Positions 41,442-53,800 of a DNA stretch of 64,000 nucleotides are shown piece by piece. Positions within the stretch are counted from its first letter, which is position 1. Each line of letters starts with the position of its first letter. The position numbers and the translations under genes are program-made. The notes beneath the pieces are model-generated. The model was not told the origin of the DNA, ran no database searches, and saw only the letters and a program-made list of their open reading frames with translations. Source of the DNA: Balanoglossus misakiensis (Eukaryota; Animalia; Hemichordata); assembly GCA_040954595.2 (NCBI GenBank), contig CM082582.2, positions 11,962,415 to 12,026,414 of the forward strand, in the 5' to 3' direction.

Positions 41442-44400
41442 CTAATCCTTTTTTTCTGCCTTGTCAGCAAGTGACTTATTTGATTCCAATATACAGTCCT
41501 TGGGTTCGGTTTTGTCAGCAGCAACACCAAGATAAGTTGGAAACCTTGGTGTACCACTGTTGCTGTATTCTTGAAACTTGTAAACAATAATCGTGCCTTT
41601 CTTGGGAGGCTTGCTTCTATCTTTATCCTTTAACCTGCAATATAATAAACAAATAATCTAAGTTGTTGTAATGGTAGCTTGTGGTGGTCGTTTTACCACC
41701 AAGTGTTCAGTATTACGGAGTGCTAATACAATTGATCAGAAAACTAAATTTTACCATGTGCTCTCTCGAGAAATGTGTCCACAGTTAATCTAATTAGTGA
41801 TTCTCAACTTACCCCGAGCCAACTGAAAAGAGTTTCCCATTGGCCATTTGACATCTGAGAGCACCAACACGTCCCTGGTTACGACCTTTGCCCTCTTCGT
41901 AACCAACCACTACCGCCTGAAGGCGAACAAACAAAAGAACAACGGTTATGATGGTCCATGACGTTGTGATGAAAGCGTATGACACTGACGAAAGTTGTTA
42001 TATGTTATATGTTGTTTTAGAACTTTTGAAAACAGAATAATTTAAGCATTTTTTCAGATTATAAGCAAGTGGAATGTCGACTGTTGATACATACCTCCGC
42101 ATCATGAAATGTCTTGATTTTCAGGAGAGTGTTCGACCGACAGTTCTCGTACTTTGATTTTGGCTGTCTGATCATCACGCCCTCGCCGCCGACACCGTTG
42201 ATTCTTTTCAGCTCAGATTGCAAATGGTCTGCACCTTTGCACTTCGTCTGGTCGACAACTGTCACCGTTGGTACCCTGTATAATTAAGATGCGAAGAGGT
42301 GGTAATATTCTTCCGGTGGAACAAACTAGACAGCAGGAATGAACTTTATTCCTTATCGAAGCCAACAGTATTCTGTTTTATAGATATTTTTTTTTGGAAA
42401 ACTAAGTACAGTTAACTTACTTGTGCGCACTGAAGTAATCTTCCAACGCCTGCATCCTATCCTCAAATCCTTGCTTGAGATTCGGTGCATCGAAGACATG
42501 AAAAGTGACTTTCTTCCATCGCTCATCCGTATCGTGGGACTTGACGATGCTGACAGTGGACTGGAACATTCCTCTTCCTCCGAATAATTCACCGTCAAGT
42601 TCCATATCAGTTGGGAAATCCTAAAAATAGAAAGAGAACAATTTATCTCAAGATAACAATTAAAGTTTTCGGAAGTCAGTTAAGAAGACGAGTTGGATGT
42701 ACAACACGAGGAGAAAGATGAATGTGGACGTGCGCAAACTCACCTTAGTAAACCATTCGGGTGCATAGAACCTGTTGCCCAATCTGGAGCGGAATTTGGA
42801 ACCATCCCACCAAGCCCGGACACCATCAAGTTTTTCGCTCATCCACCAACCAGTAGGATCCACACTGTAAAAATACAATGTTAGAATTTTTAAATGTTGA
42901 TGATATTTTTATTCAGGTTATACTGGCGCGATAATTGTGCGATAAGTTTAACCGCAAGGAAAACTTTGAAAGAAACCTTACCTCTCAGTCCATTTATGTG
43001 CCAACAACATCTGTATCATCGCTTTACTCGTCTTCTTCGTCGGACTTGGCTCTTCCTTCGCTGCGGACAATCTCCTTGACCGCCGGGCAGCATATTCTCC
43101 AAGACGTACATTTTCAAACTCTTCTCCCAGATACTCTTTCAGATGTTTGCAGGTCCGTTTGTCGACAGGGTTCGACTGATTTTTCCAACCTATGCACCTG
43201 CAAAGATTTCCAAAATTGCATATTGGTTAGCGTTTGGAACAACTCTTGATTATCTCAAATAAAGAGTGTAAAATTTAAATCTTCTATAATCTTGTTCAAG
43301 AAAAGATTACGTCTTTATACTTACGTGCAATAGTAAGAATCTCCTGTCCGCTTTATTCTATACTTTTCAATATCGACCGAGTCACCGTCCTCCATTTTAT
43401 GTTTTGGTTTGACATCATCTGAAATATAAATCCATGAATTTGTTAACCATTTATTACTTTAAACGACGATGTTTTCGGGCACTTTATGTACTGCTTTTCT
43501 GATTGCCTGCATAGTATACGATGATTGCTGTTGCCATAGATACGCACCTGGATGGAGGAATGCTTTCAGATGTGTCGGATTCTTCCTGAAGCATTTATCC
43601 CAGTATTTACATTTTGGTTTTCTTGTCGTCGTCGTTGCCGTTGACGACGAGGACACGTCAGCCGTCGCCGCTGAAGCCGTGTCAGCTTTACCAGATGCTT
43701 CGTCGGCTTTCGTCACAGTCGCTTCGGCCTTTGTCGCCTTCGTGTCACTGACGTCATCGTCTTCGGGCTCACTGTCACTAAGATCCCAAGCAATAGTTTT
43801 CTTGGCTTTCTTTGCCGCGGTTTCGTCATCACTGCCCTCTTCCGACTTTCGTTTTGTCGTTGCTGTGGCAACAGGTGTCGTTTTGCTTCCGGCGTCGACT
43901 TTCGTATCTACATTAATCGATAGAAGTTGACTGTTTATATTTTGTTATAATTTTTAGAAAGGCCTAAGCCAAGAATGTCTTGTCAAATATGTTTTTGTAT
44001 TGTGGTGTACACGTCAGTAGTAAAAATAATAGGATCATGCTTGTATTTTTCTCTCTGCCCTTTAAACATAAAGAAATCTATGAATAGTATTTTGTACGTT
44101 AGAATAGTGTTGTTGTATGCCTAAAGGGGTGTGTCGTTCAATTGTATAAATTGTCTACATATTATTATGGACATATATATCCGACTGTGGGAATATATGT
44201 ACCGCGATTTAGTGCCAAAAAACATTACATTATTACTTGATATTTCATAAATCACATAAATGTCGCATTGGCTCGATCAACAAACCCTACTATATGTGAT
44301 CATATATGGCTGACATTTTTGTAGTTTTAAAAAGACCGACAGAATGTCAACGCACCGGTTATGTCGTCTGATTCGTCAGTTGCCGCAGTTTTGGCTGCCT

Positions 44401-44497
44401 TTTCGTCGCTTGGGTGTAAATATGTTTTAAGATGTGTCGGATCTTTTCTGAAACAGTTGTCCCAGTACATGCATTTGGTTTTGCTAGCGGTAGCCAT
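41442..44497 (-). CDS. Minimal ATP-dependent DNA ligase (LigE/kDNA-ligase-like adenylation + OB core) with two PBZ fingers and a SWIM finger; 9 exons, 536 aa
   Basis: Exons 44356-44497, 43548-43907, 43325-43418, 42982-43197, 42744-42864, 42421-42620, 42095-42275, 41813-41916, 41442-41634; all GT-AG and in frame (1611 nt). Motifs I SEKLDGVR, III ELDGELF, IIIa FHVFD, IV EGVMIR, V LLKIK, and PRFP. PBZ C-x5-C-x6-H-x5-H twice; SWIM CxC-x14-CxH. Confidence 0.93.
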
Positions 44498-45528
44498 TTC
44501 TGTTTTCTTTCTTTCTTTCGATTGTAGCTGTTAGGGTTTCTGATCGCTGGCCAGTCAGTACTGACTCGGTATGGGAAACGTAGCGCTTTATATACACTGG
44601 GTTGCTTAGTTGCTGCGACATGATGGAACATGCGCTGGTATTTAATTTAACCAGCTCAACGTATTAAAACGTGGGCGGGTCTTAGCAAAAGTTAAATTTA
44701 GAATCTTAATGCATGATGTCATGTCGGGGGCGCGCACCTAAATTATATACAGTACATTATTTTATCGTAAAACGTTCACGTACAGAAGATAACTTTGCAA
44801 AATAAGAAACCAAGTCTCCTTTGGTTCAAGACTTTCACTGTTTAGCACGGATCATTGTCTACAATGTGCTCGTTCAGCTGAAAGTGTCGATCACATAGAA
44901 AAATGTATGATTCCCCCTGTAGCAGCAGATCGACATGTCGAGACAGGTCTGCTGTGAGGGCGCTATGTTCTGGAGAAACGACCTTTATTGACCTTCACGT
45001 ACATGCGTCACTACCACCATGCGTCACCCTGCTCGCATTTTACTTTTTCAGCATAATCATCGACAACAGGCCTAGTTTATTTAATCCCACTCCTTTTTAT
45101 TAAAAATGCATCATACAATTTCCTGTACAAACCATTGTAAAGAATATCATTGAAAAACAAAATGTAAAGAATGTCCATTCCATGAAATATGGCAGTAATC
45201 TGGAATATTTCGGAAAAAAATACCATCTTGAAAACATCTATCATATAACACTTTTTGTCGTGAAAAACATAATCACAAAGGTTTAAAGGGGAAAAATCGC
45301 CTAGTTTTTGCTCCAGGACATTGTTACTTTAAATATATTTAAGTTTCAAATGTGAAAACACTGAAAGTCTCAAAGCATTCATGCATTTTCTGTCGTAAAT
45401 GTATAAATCTAGCATTCTGTATTCCAACTGCATTTTCAGGGTCTCCAGGTTGTTTCCATGTTTCCAGTTATAACTTTAATACTTTTTACAAAATAATGTC
45501 TGTCATCATCTTGAGTCGATATCTCCGA

Positions 45529-46769
45529 TCAGCTATTGTCCTTCGTGTCCTTTGGTCCATCTTTCTTTTCATATTTCTTCACCAGTCCTTTCAGGTCATT
45601 TATAATGTCTTTTATCTTGGGGACCTACAAGGGAACACAGGAAAACATTTTATTGGGTGTCACAGATTGACGGCCCAGAGCTTGTATCTTTAATTTCACC
45701 TTCTTCAGACTACCAGTAGATGTGTAATTCTCACCTCATAATTCTGTGCTGCATATACTCCAGCCACACCACCTATGATAAATCCAGCCTGCAAAGAGAT
45801 TAAAAAAATGTATAACATTACTATACTGGTATTTTACCTGTTGAACAATTTACAACAGAAGATTATCATGAATCTTAAGATGAGTTCAATGTACAGATGT
45901 AAAATATCATGTGACAATTACCATAAAACCCATTCTCCTTGATATTGAAAGTTTCACCCACACAGCGAGTCTTGTACCAATTTGACGTTGCAAGATAGTT
46001 TGTAAATATTCTGCACTTCAGTCTCAAGTGAACGAAGACAACTATTGCTGGAATGGTACTCTCACGTATTTATAGCCCTTGATGGACTCTGGTGCAAATT
46101 TCTAAGATGGTTTCATCAGCATTTAACAATACTGAGGTGTCTTAAAGTTTCATCATGATCTTCATGGTTGACTGACTGGCGAACTGACGTGTCGATTGGC
46201 CAGAAATACACGTATTGTTAAGACACAGCCCATTCACGATCACAAGGCATTGTGTGTGACGTACAACTGTACATAAATGTATTGTTGGTAGTCACAAGGT
46301 GCAAACTGCTTTGTGTACGTGTGATCAAACGGGCTTCATGCTTTCTAAATTGGGTTAAGTATGTAAATAACACGTCTACGTGACGGTGAAGACCACTGGG
46401 GCGTGACTGGGGTAAGACCAGAAGCACAGACTGGTGACGTATATTCCATGACTAATAGTACCATGCCAGACCACTGTCACTTTCTATTTATGATCGAGCT
46501 AGATTGGTAACTTTAAGAACAAAGCAAACAGCAAAGGAACTACGTTTGTTGCAATAACTTGAACAATAATTGTTTTGAGTTGACCTTCAATTACCAGTGT
46601 CATTTATTTCCATTGTTGATATGTACCACAGTGACGAACACTAAATAAAGTTCATCGACTCACGAAATTAACAGCGTTCTGTTTAGACTACAAAATGTAC
46701 AAGTGTACCACAGTCGCAGTGTACATCACTTTAGAAATCGGGACATATCCTTACCGAAAATCCCAACAT
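45529..46769 (-). CDS. STMP1: Short transmembrane mitochondrial protein 1 (C7orf73-like), 54 aa, 3 exons
   Basis: Exons 46755-46769 (MLGFS), 45735-45788 (AGFIIGGVAGVYAAQNYE), 45529-45624 (VPKIKDII...). The GxYxAQNY-x-P signature and exon layout match recalled STMP1; absent from the ORF track. Confidence 0.85.
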
Positions 46770-46884
46770 CTCTAGAAGATAGCACTATTTGGACGTGCAA
46801 GCCGAAAAACGATGTCAGACCTTTGCTTGACCTTGCCTGACCTGACGATGTCACCACGCATGCCCACTCGCTTTGAAATCAAAT

Positions 46885-48926
46885 ATGGCTGCGCCCTTGG
46901 CGAATGTGGCTCGCTTGACGGCAACATCATTTCCCCGTGTTTCCCCTTTAATTTGCTCTCAAATTGCAGGACTGAATGCGTCAAGGCTACAGACTAAAAG
47001 ATGCCTATGTCTAGGAGGTAAGACCCAAGAAAATATTCTATCACGTCAAGTACAACTTGTAGATAACGTGGTACCACGTGTGGTGTACGCGTAGCTCGGG
47101 GGGGGGGGGGGGGGGGGGTAGGTCACATGTTCAGGTGAGCTCCACAACTTGTGTTATGTTCCCTTTCTATTTTACTTTACAACTTGATGCGTGACATGTA
47201 ATCTACTTTCTACATGGAATTATTTACAGCATCAGCAGGTATTGATATTGGATTACCTAAACCTAAGGAGTCAAGGAGAAGGCAATTTAAAGAAAGAGTG
47301 GCCCGTATGAGAGAAAATAGACAAGACCCAAAACTGGAGCAATCTGCAAGGCATAGGAAATGTGAGTTTATAAGAGACAGTGATAGATTAGGTCATTACA
47401 GTGATCATGGAACTTCATGTACACTACAATGTTTGGTTTGTTTTGATACATGTAAATATTCAGTTGTTATTTCATTTTTAGTGAAAATTTTCCTGGATGA
47501 AGTGAAGCAAGACTGGGAAATCACATCAGGACCCTACCAAATCAGAGATATTGCTCAGCACTATAATGTATACAAAGACTTGTTTGATGGCGCAAGTTTT
47601 TTACCTCAAGTGATTATGCACATTCACTATGATCAGAGTCAAGACTTTGGTGTACCGGTTTACAGAGGAAATGTTGTTACTCCTGCAGAGGTATGTATCG
47701 GAACAAAAAGAATGTTACAAAACCCATTGTTTTATATGGTAAGGTTAGACCTCTATAGAGGGAACTGGGGTGAAAGGGTTAAATGTATAGTAACAGCCTG
47801 ATGTGTGTTCATTTCAGATGAGAATACATTTCAAATTTTGTATCTTGCAGGCCACAAACGCTCCTTCTGTCTCATTCAACAGTGATCCAGGTGACATGTG
47901 GACATTACTCTGCACAAATCCAGGTTGGTTTCCATTTTTCACTTTTCAGAATATTCCCATTTTCTTTTTGCCACTGTAGAGCAAGAGAAATCTAAGAAAT
48001 TTATATTTGTGATTTGATTTTTTTAATAATTAGATGGTCATCTATTGGACAATGAAGCAGAGTATCTCCATTGGATGATGTAAGTAATTTACTTGGCATG
48101 TTGGTCATTTTATATAGACAAACAGAATTGTCAGATTGGCTGTTTTCAAAATTTGGACACATTCCAATACAAGAAAATTGAATTCTTTAATCTCATGTTT
48201 ACTGACACCTTTTTGCTGTTGTTGGTTCAAAAATCAATCTTTTCTCTTTTGCATTCTTAGAGGCAACATACTGGGAAATGACATCAACAAGGGTGAAACA
48301 ATATGTGACTACTTAAAACCTTTCCCAGCATCTGGTACAGGTTATCACAGGTTCATCTACATCCTCTTCAAACAGAGTCAAAAAATTGATTTTGCCAGTG
48401 AACAAAGACAGTTGCCATGGTAAGCTGATAAAACATCAAACCTGCTGAAGTTGAACAGCGATTGAAGTCCACTGTTTTGCGTATTTCTTAAAAAACACTA
48501 AATGAAGATTGTGACAAGTGTTGATAATTACAAAGCTTCTCTCTTCTTTCTAGTTATAGCCTGAGGGAAAGAACTTTCAAGACGCTCGACTTTTACAAAA
48601 AATTCGAAGATGCGCTCACTCCAGCTGGACTGAATTTCTTCCAGTGTCGATGGGACAAATCTGTCACTGACTTGTTCCGAGAAACCTTAGGTAAGATTTG
48701 ATGTGGTCTGTGTGATAAATCAGCTGGGGTTACTATTGCTATAAGGAGGGAAGAATATATGCCTTTGTCACACCAGAAATAAACCTTTATTTTTTCTATC
48801 CATTTTTCAGCAATGAGAGAGCCATACTTTGAATACGACCACCCGCCTCTGTACATTGCACCACAGAAGAAATGGCCACACAGAAGGAGGATTGAGTACC
48901 TCAACAAGTACATCCCTCCCGAGTGA
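46885..48926 (+). CDS. MRPL38: Mitochondrial ribosomal protein mL38 (PEBP fold), multi-exon
   Basis: Arg-rich transit-peptide-like N-terminus; [73 protein letters not shown]. Confidence 0.95.
47098..47118 (+). repeat. G21 homopolymer in MRPL38 intron 1
   Basis: Directly visible; exact length may be affected by sequencing error. Confidence 0.9.
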
Positions 48927-50894
48927 AGAGAAAGATAGTCTTGTTTGAATTGTACTTGCCCCCTTACCAACTTCGGCAAGGTGGTGTGTGGTACAAGATA
49001 TGTTGGGGATGTTATTAAGGCATGTGGTGTGATTTATTACTATCAAAAATTTGAAGTGGTCAGAGGTAGATTTCCAGAGGCAGGGACTGGCATTTTGTAC
49101 TACCAACAAGTGTGTTCAGTTGAGCAATAATTTCTGCTGCTAGTGCGAGAGGGCGCTGTAGTAAGTATATGTAATACCATGCAAGTCCACCTTCCACATA
49201 TTGATGATACAACACCATACACCAAGTAACATACACTTCACAAGTTGCATTGATATCCAATACTGAGTTCTTTTATTTGCATCACATTTTAATCCATGTT
49301 ACATGTTACCATAGTAACTGACAAACGGTTATAGATATTTACACATTCCAAAATGAAAGTCGTATAGTGAGTTGACACATGACAAATTCAAATTGCACAT
49401 TAATATAGTGTGTTATAGTTGTTCATTATTTACAAAGTTACATTGAAAAGATACCATGGTTCTGGCATTTAGTCTGAGCAGTACCCCTATGATCTGAATA
49501 TTCCTTTTTTACCTGCCTACCATGCTATGTTGGTCACTGGAGCTGTGGCCCCGAGGAAAACAAAAGTCCTGTAAATATTTTTTCAGATCCCCATCACCTC
49601 TTGGGATATCTGACCTTTGACCCTATACCCTAAAATTCCTTCAATGTTAGCCACAACAACAAGCACAACTCACTGATAATATTTCTGACTTCCCTTGGCA
49701 TGGCTAGTAAGAAAATTACGTCAATGGAATGATTAGTGTTTTTTTTTTAAAACATACACTGACCCCTAAGCATGTTACCTCTTTACTACATACTTCAGCA
49801 CTGTACAGACCCCAGAATTGTCCCAATTGAAAGATTTTGTACAAGATTCATACTGTGAATTACATTATAAACTGGAGTTCACTGATGTGCGCGTTTTCAG
49901 TCTTACAATCTTTGAATTAAAGAAAGCTCAATACCATCTACCATTTGGTATGATCAAAACTGATATAAAAACCCTCTGAGACAGTCACTTGGCATGATCA
50001 TGGCTAAGTGTAACAGCACAACATTTTTTTCACCTACTGCTGATATGGTACTGCTCATTGAAAACTACAATGTATGAAGTATATGCTTGGCAAGATCAAA
50101 TACCTAGTTACAATGTTCGACTTTGTGGGTTAGTTACTTATGAGAAATTTGAAAAAATATAATTTCTTTTTTTCCTGTCTTTTGACAAGACTGATACTAG
50201 TAATTACACATCTTTAGTACAAGCTGTACATGTACTACTTGCCCTGTGACCTGTGACCTTTGGTCTTGTAAAGAGTATTGACATCAAAAGTTACATTTAA
50301 AAAATATTTCACTGGAGAACACCTCCATAATGATGTCATTTTTTTTGCAATTGTTGGGGTAGAGAGAAACTTAATGAAACAGCACAGATGTTTGTACATA
50401 TTCGAGGAAAGTTTTTGTTTGGATTACTGGTAGTGTTCACAAGAGGTTTTCTAGATGTTTGGTTCAGGAGAAGTTCTGCATGTGAAAATGCATTGTTTCC
50501 AATCCCACATAATTTTATCTTTTGAGAACTTGACATACATGACCGTATACATTTTGGAGAAAAACATTTTGTTTTTCTTGTCTACAAAAATCAAGTCAAC
50601 AGAAACAGAAATTCAACTTAGCACCAATTAAATCCTAGACAATTCAGCCAAAATGTCAAGGAATAAAAGAAACATAAATTAAAACATACTGAGACAACAC
50701 TGAGTCCAGTGTTTAATACCAGTTCACTTTACATCAAATTAGTGATAAAAAGTTGAGGCTTTATTTTTTAAATATACTGTTCAAAACAGACATAAAATAC
50801 TACACAGATAAACAGGACACAAAATGATGCGAATCATGCAATTTGGTGGCAGGATCGAGGCGGCTTGAAGTGATTGAAACCGGAATGAACTAGT

Positions 50895-53800
50895 TTAAAC
50901 CGGACAGCAGGGATTATCCACCATAAGCACCACGTCAATACCATAGAGTTCTACTAGGTCCATGATGAACTGCCTGTCGCCAAGGGGATCCAGTCCCATG
51001 CCTTTCATGTGATCTGATGTGAGAGACTTGTCTTGGCATACAGAGACATCGTATAAGGTCTGGAAGAGGCGGTTGTTTTGCTCGAGGAAAAACCTGTAGT
51101 AGCAAATAATACACATGTAAATTTTAGTGGTCATCTCCTGAGGTTATGTAAGCCTAACTTATGCAGAAGAGAAGTAAAACTTTCAACTTACATTGTGACT
51201 GTGTGGTCATCGTCAAAACTTTCATCTCCAAGCTCTTCCATGTTGAACTGCTGCGCTGAAAGTTGTGTGTTGAGTTTGTTCATTTTGTCCTTGTCTGCCA
51301 CGTTCACTTTCAACATTTCTTGTAAATTCTGGTACTGCGTTGTCACGTTCTGATTGTCTACGTAAACGTCGTACAAGTCTTTCTTCTCCTCAAAGATTTT
51401 CTCTGTTGTGCCTGGAATGGTGATATAAACATAGTTGTGAATGAGGCTGACCCCCATCTTCCACAGCATCAGGAGTTTAACTGAACTACAATCATATCGT
51501 TATGGTGACAGCTAGTTATTATTATATCCTGCTAGAAACTTACATGCCACATACGCCAGCTCATCTTGAAGGTGTTCAATGTCTGCGATATTGACATAAA
51601 AGTGAGGCTTGTTTTCTCTCCCTGAAGACTGAATCAACACATGATGCTGGCCAAGCAAACACGCACAGTACACTGGAATGAAATCAAGAGATGTGACGAG
51701 TTGAAAATAGATGGAAATGAAATGTAACTGTGTTTTATGGCAAACAATTTCTGGTTATGATATCAAGCAAATATACAGAAAAGACAATACAGGAACTTAC
51801 AGCCATCATCAATTTCCGTGAAATCTACTTTGATCTCTTCTTACTTAAAATGCCCTACTCCCCCGGGAACAGATCTTTTTCAGTAACTGGCTCTTACCTC
51901 TGTAGCACACCACCCCCATGGGAGGCGGTGAGAAGAACAATATTCTCTTCTGGAGAAGCACGTACTTCCATAAAACAAAGATCTGTTCTCCGAAGAATTT
52001 GATGAATTGTGAAAAGCAGCCAGCTGGGTGGGTAATCTGAAAGTGGACGATAAATATAATATAAAATATATCTACAGCATCTTTTACACTAAAATTTTAT
52101 GCCTTTTTGATATCTATCAACCATACATAAGCCAGGATTATCTTCATCAGAAACTATGAATAATTGTTGTCCATATTTATCAGAACTCTAGATGCTAGAT
52201 GTATTTGGAGGCATGAATTCCGTCATTCAAATTTTTATGATGTTGATTTCTTTCCCTTTATAAGAGTGTTAGATTGAATCAGATATTTTCTAGTTTATCA
52301 CCCATATATGCATCCAAGAGAAATAAGCAAGACCAAGGTTATGAATTTCAGTAAAGGTCAAAGTTCTCTCTGATTTTTATTAACTCACCTTCATGTCTGG
52401 CATGGGAAGTTCATCAACCCCTGGTGTGGTTGCAGGAGTATTCATCACAGGCGTTGAGTTGTTGGAAGGATCTGTGAGCGAACTTTTCCTGTCCTCATAG
52501 AATGCTTTTAGCTGTGTATACCTGCCGGGTGTTTCTAACTGATGCCTATATGGAATAAACAAATTATAAAAACAGATTATATTATCGGTATCCGGAAAGT
52601 GACGTCAAATCTCTGTACTGATAGCTTTCTGACTTATTTTGAAATGTTGAGACGAGATTGGTTACCATAGTAATGGACTAGCCAGGAAGGTAATCTTAGC
52701 TTCTCCAGATTATCATGCCCTCTAACATTTTGCTGTGAGCTGTACTTACAATAGGTGATTGTCATTTCTTTCTCTCCGGTGGCTTACCAGCATAAGTATG
52801 GTCTAAAAGACTATCTAACAGACAGTATTTTATGGTGATTATGTTTTACGACAAGATTTTGTCATTTTTCTGCTCTCTGGGATATGCTGCATTGTCGACT
52901 ATTAGTTCTCCTGCTTGTAAATATTTTTTTTCCAGTACAGTATTTTTGTTCTGTCTCAGTTCATTCAGAAAGAATCTGCTGTGGCCTTGATTACAAGTCT
53001 TTTAATTTAATCATGATATCATTCATCACTTATTTATATGTTTATAGAAACGATTGAGCATGATTTTTTTAAAACGTTGAATATGCATTGTGCATTTCAA
53101 TTTTTACCAAGGCGCTAGATATCAGCTATTTTCTCAATGCATCTGGGTCCCCTGTAGTCCATTGAAATTCTTCGCCTCCACTTACTTGTGAGACGTGTCA
53201 GTTTTTTCAGACATAATTCCCTATTTCAAAGAAATCAATCATTTCTTTGAAGCCAGTGTCTGAGACACGACTCAAGGGCTATTAATGACACTGACAGGTG
53301 CTGAGTAAGGTCATCCATTGATTGGCTGATTCTCCCATTTCCTCACGATGTTCGATTAAATGAATTACTTGCAGGCAGAAATATACATGCAATTACGGGT
53401 GTGTATGTCTTGGCTTGTTACAAAGTGTAGTTTGTATGCAATACCTATGGTTAGTGGTTACATACACCACAATCCAGCTCTGTACCGTATGTGAGGTTGG
53501 AGACTGTTAGTTGGCCTGGAATATTCCACTTTCATGGAGGGAGAGAGGGCTGGAGGCACTTACCTGACTTGTGATTCAAGGAACTGCATATGTCTGTAGA
53601 GTAATGTGTAGGAGGTTGATAGTATGCCAACAGATTTCATCCGTGCTCCCCTCTCATCGATGTTGTCTACGCGCATATTTTCAAAACAGGCAAGACCAAA
53701 GAAATTTCCTTTTCTAAAATATCTGTTCAAGATGGGAAAAATACAAAAAAAGGGTGATTTTACTCATACACTCTTCATTCAAAGATTCAGTCCGGCTCTG

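Noticed and set aside
43469-43930. 153-aa plus-strand ORF rich in Ala/Val/Ser
   Set aside because: Antisense shadow of ligase exon 2.
41442-44497. Ligase as bacterial contamination, or as LIG3
   Set aside because: Eight spliceosomal introns and continuity with animal genes exclude simple contamination; it lacks the PARP-type finger, DNA-binding domain and BRCT of LIG3.
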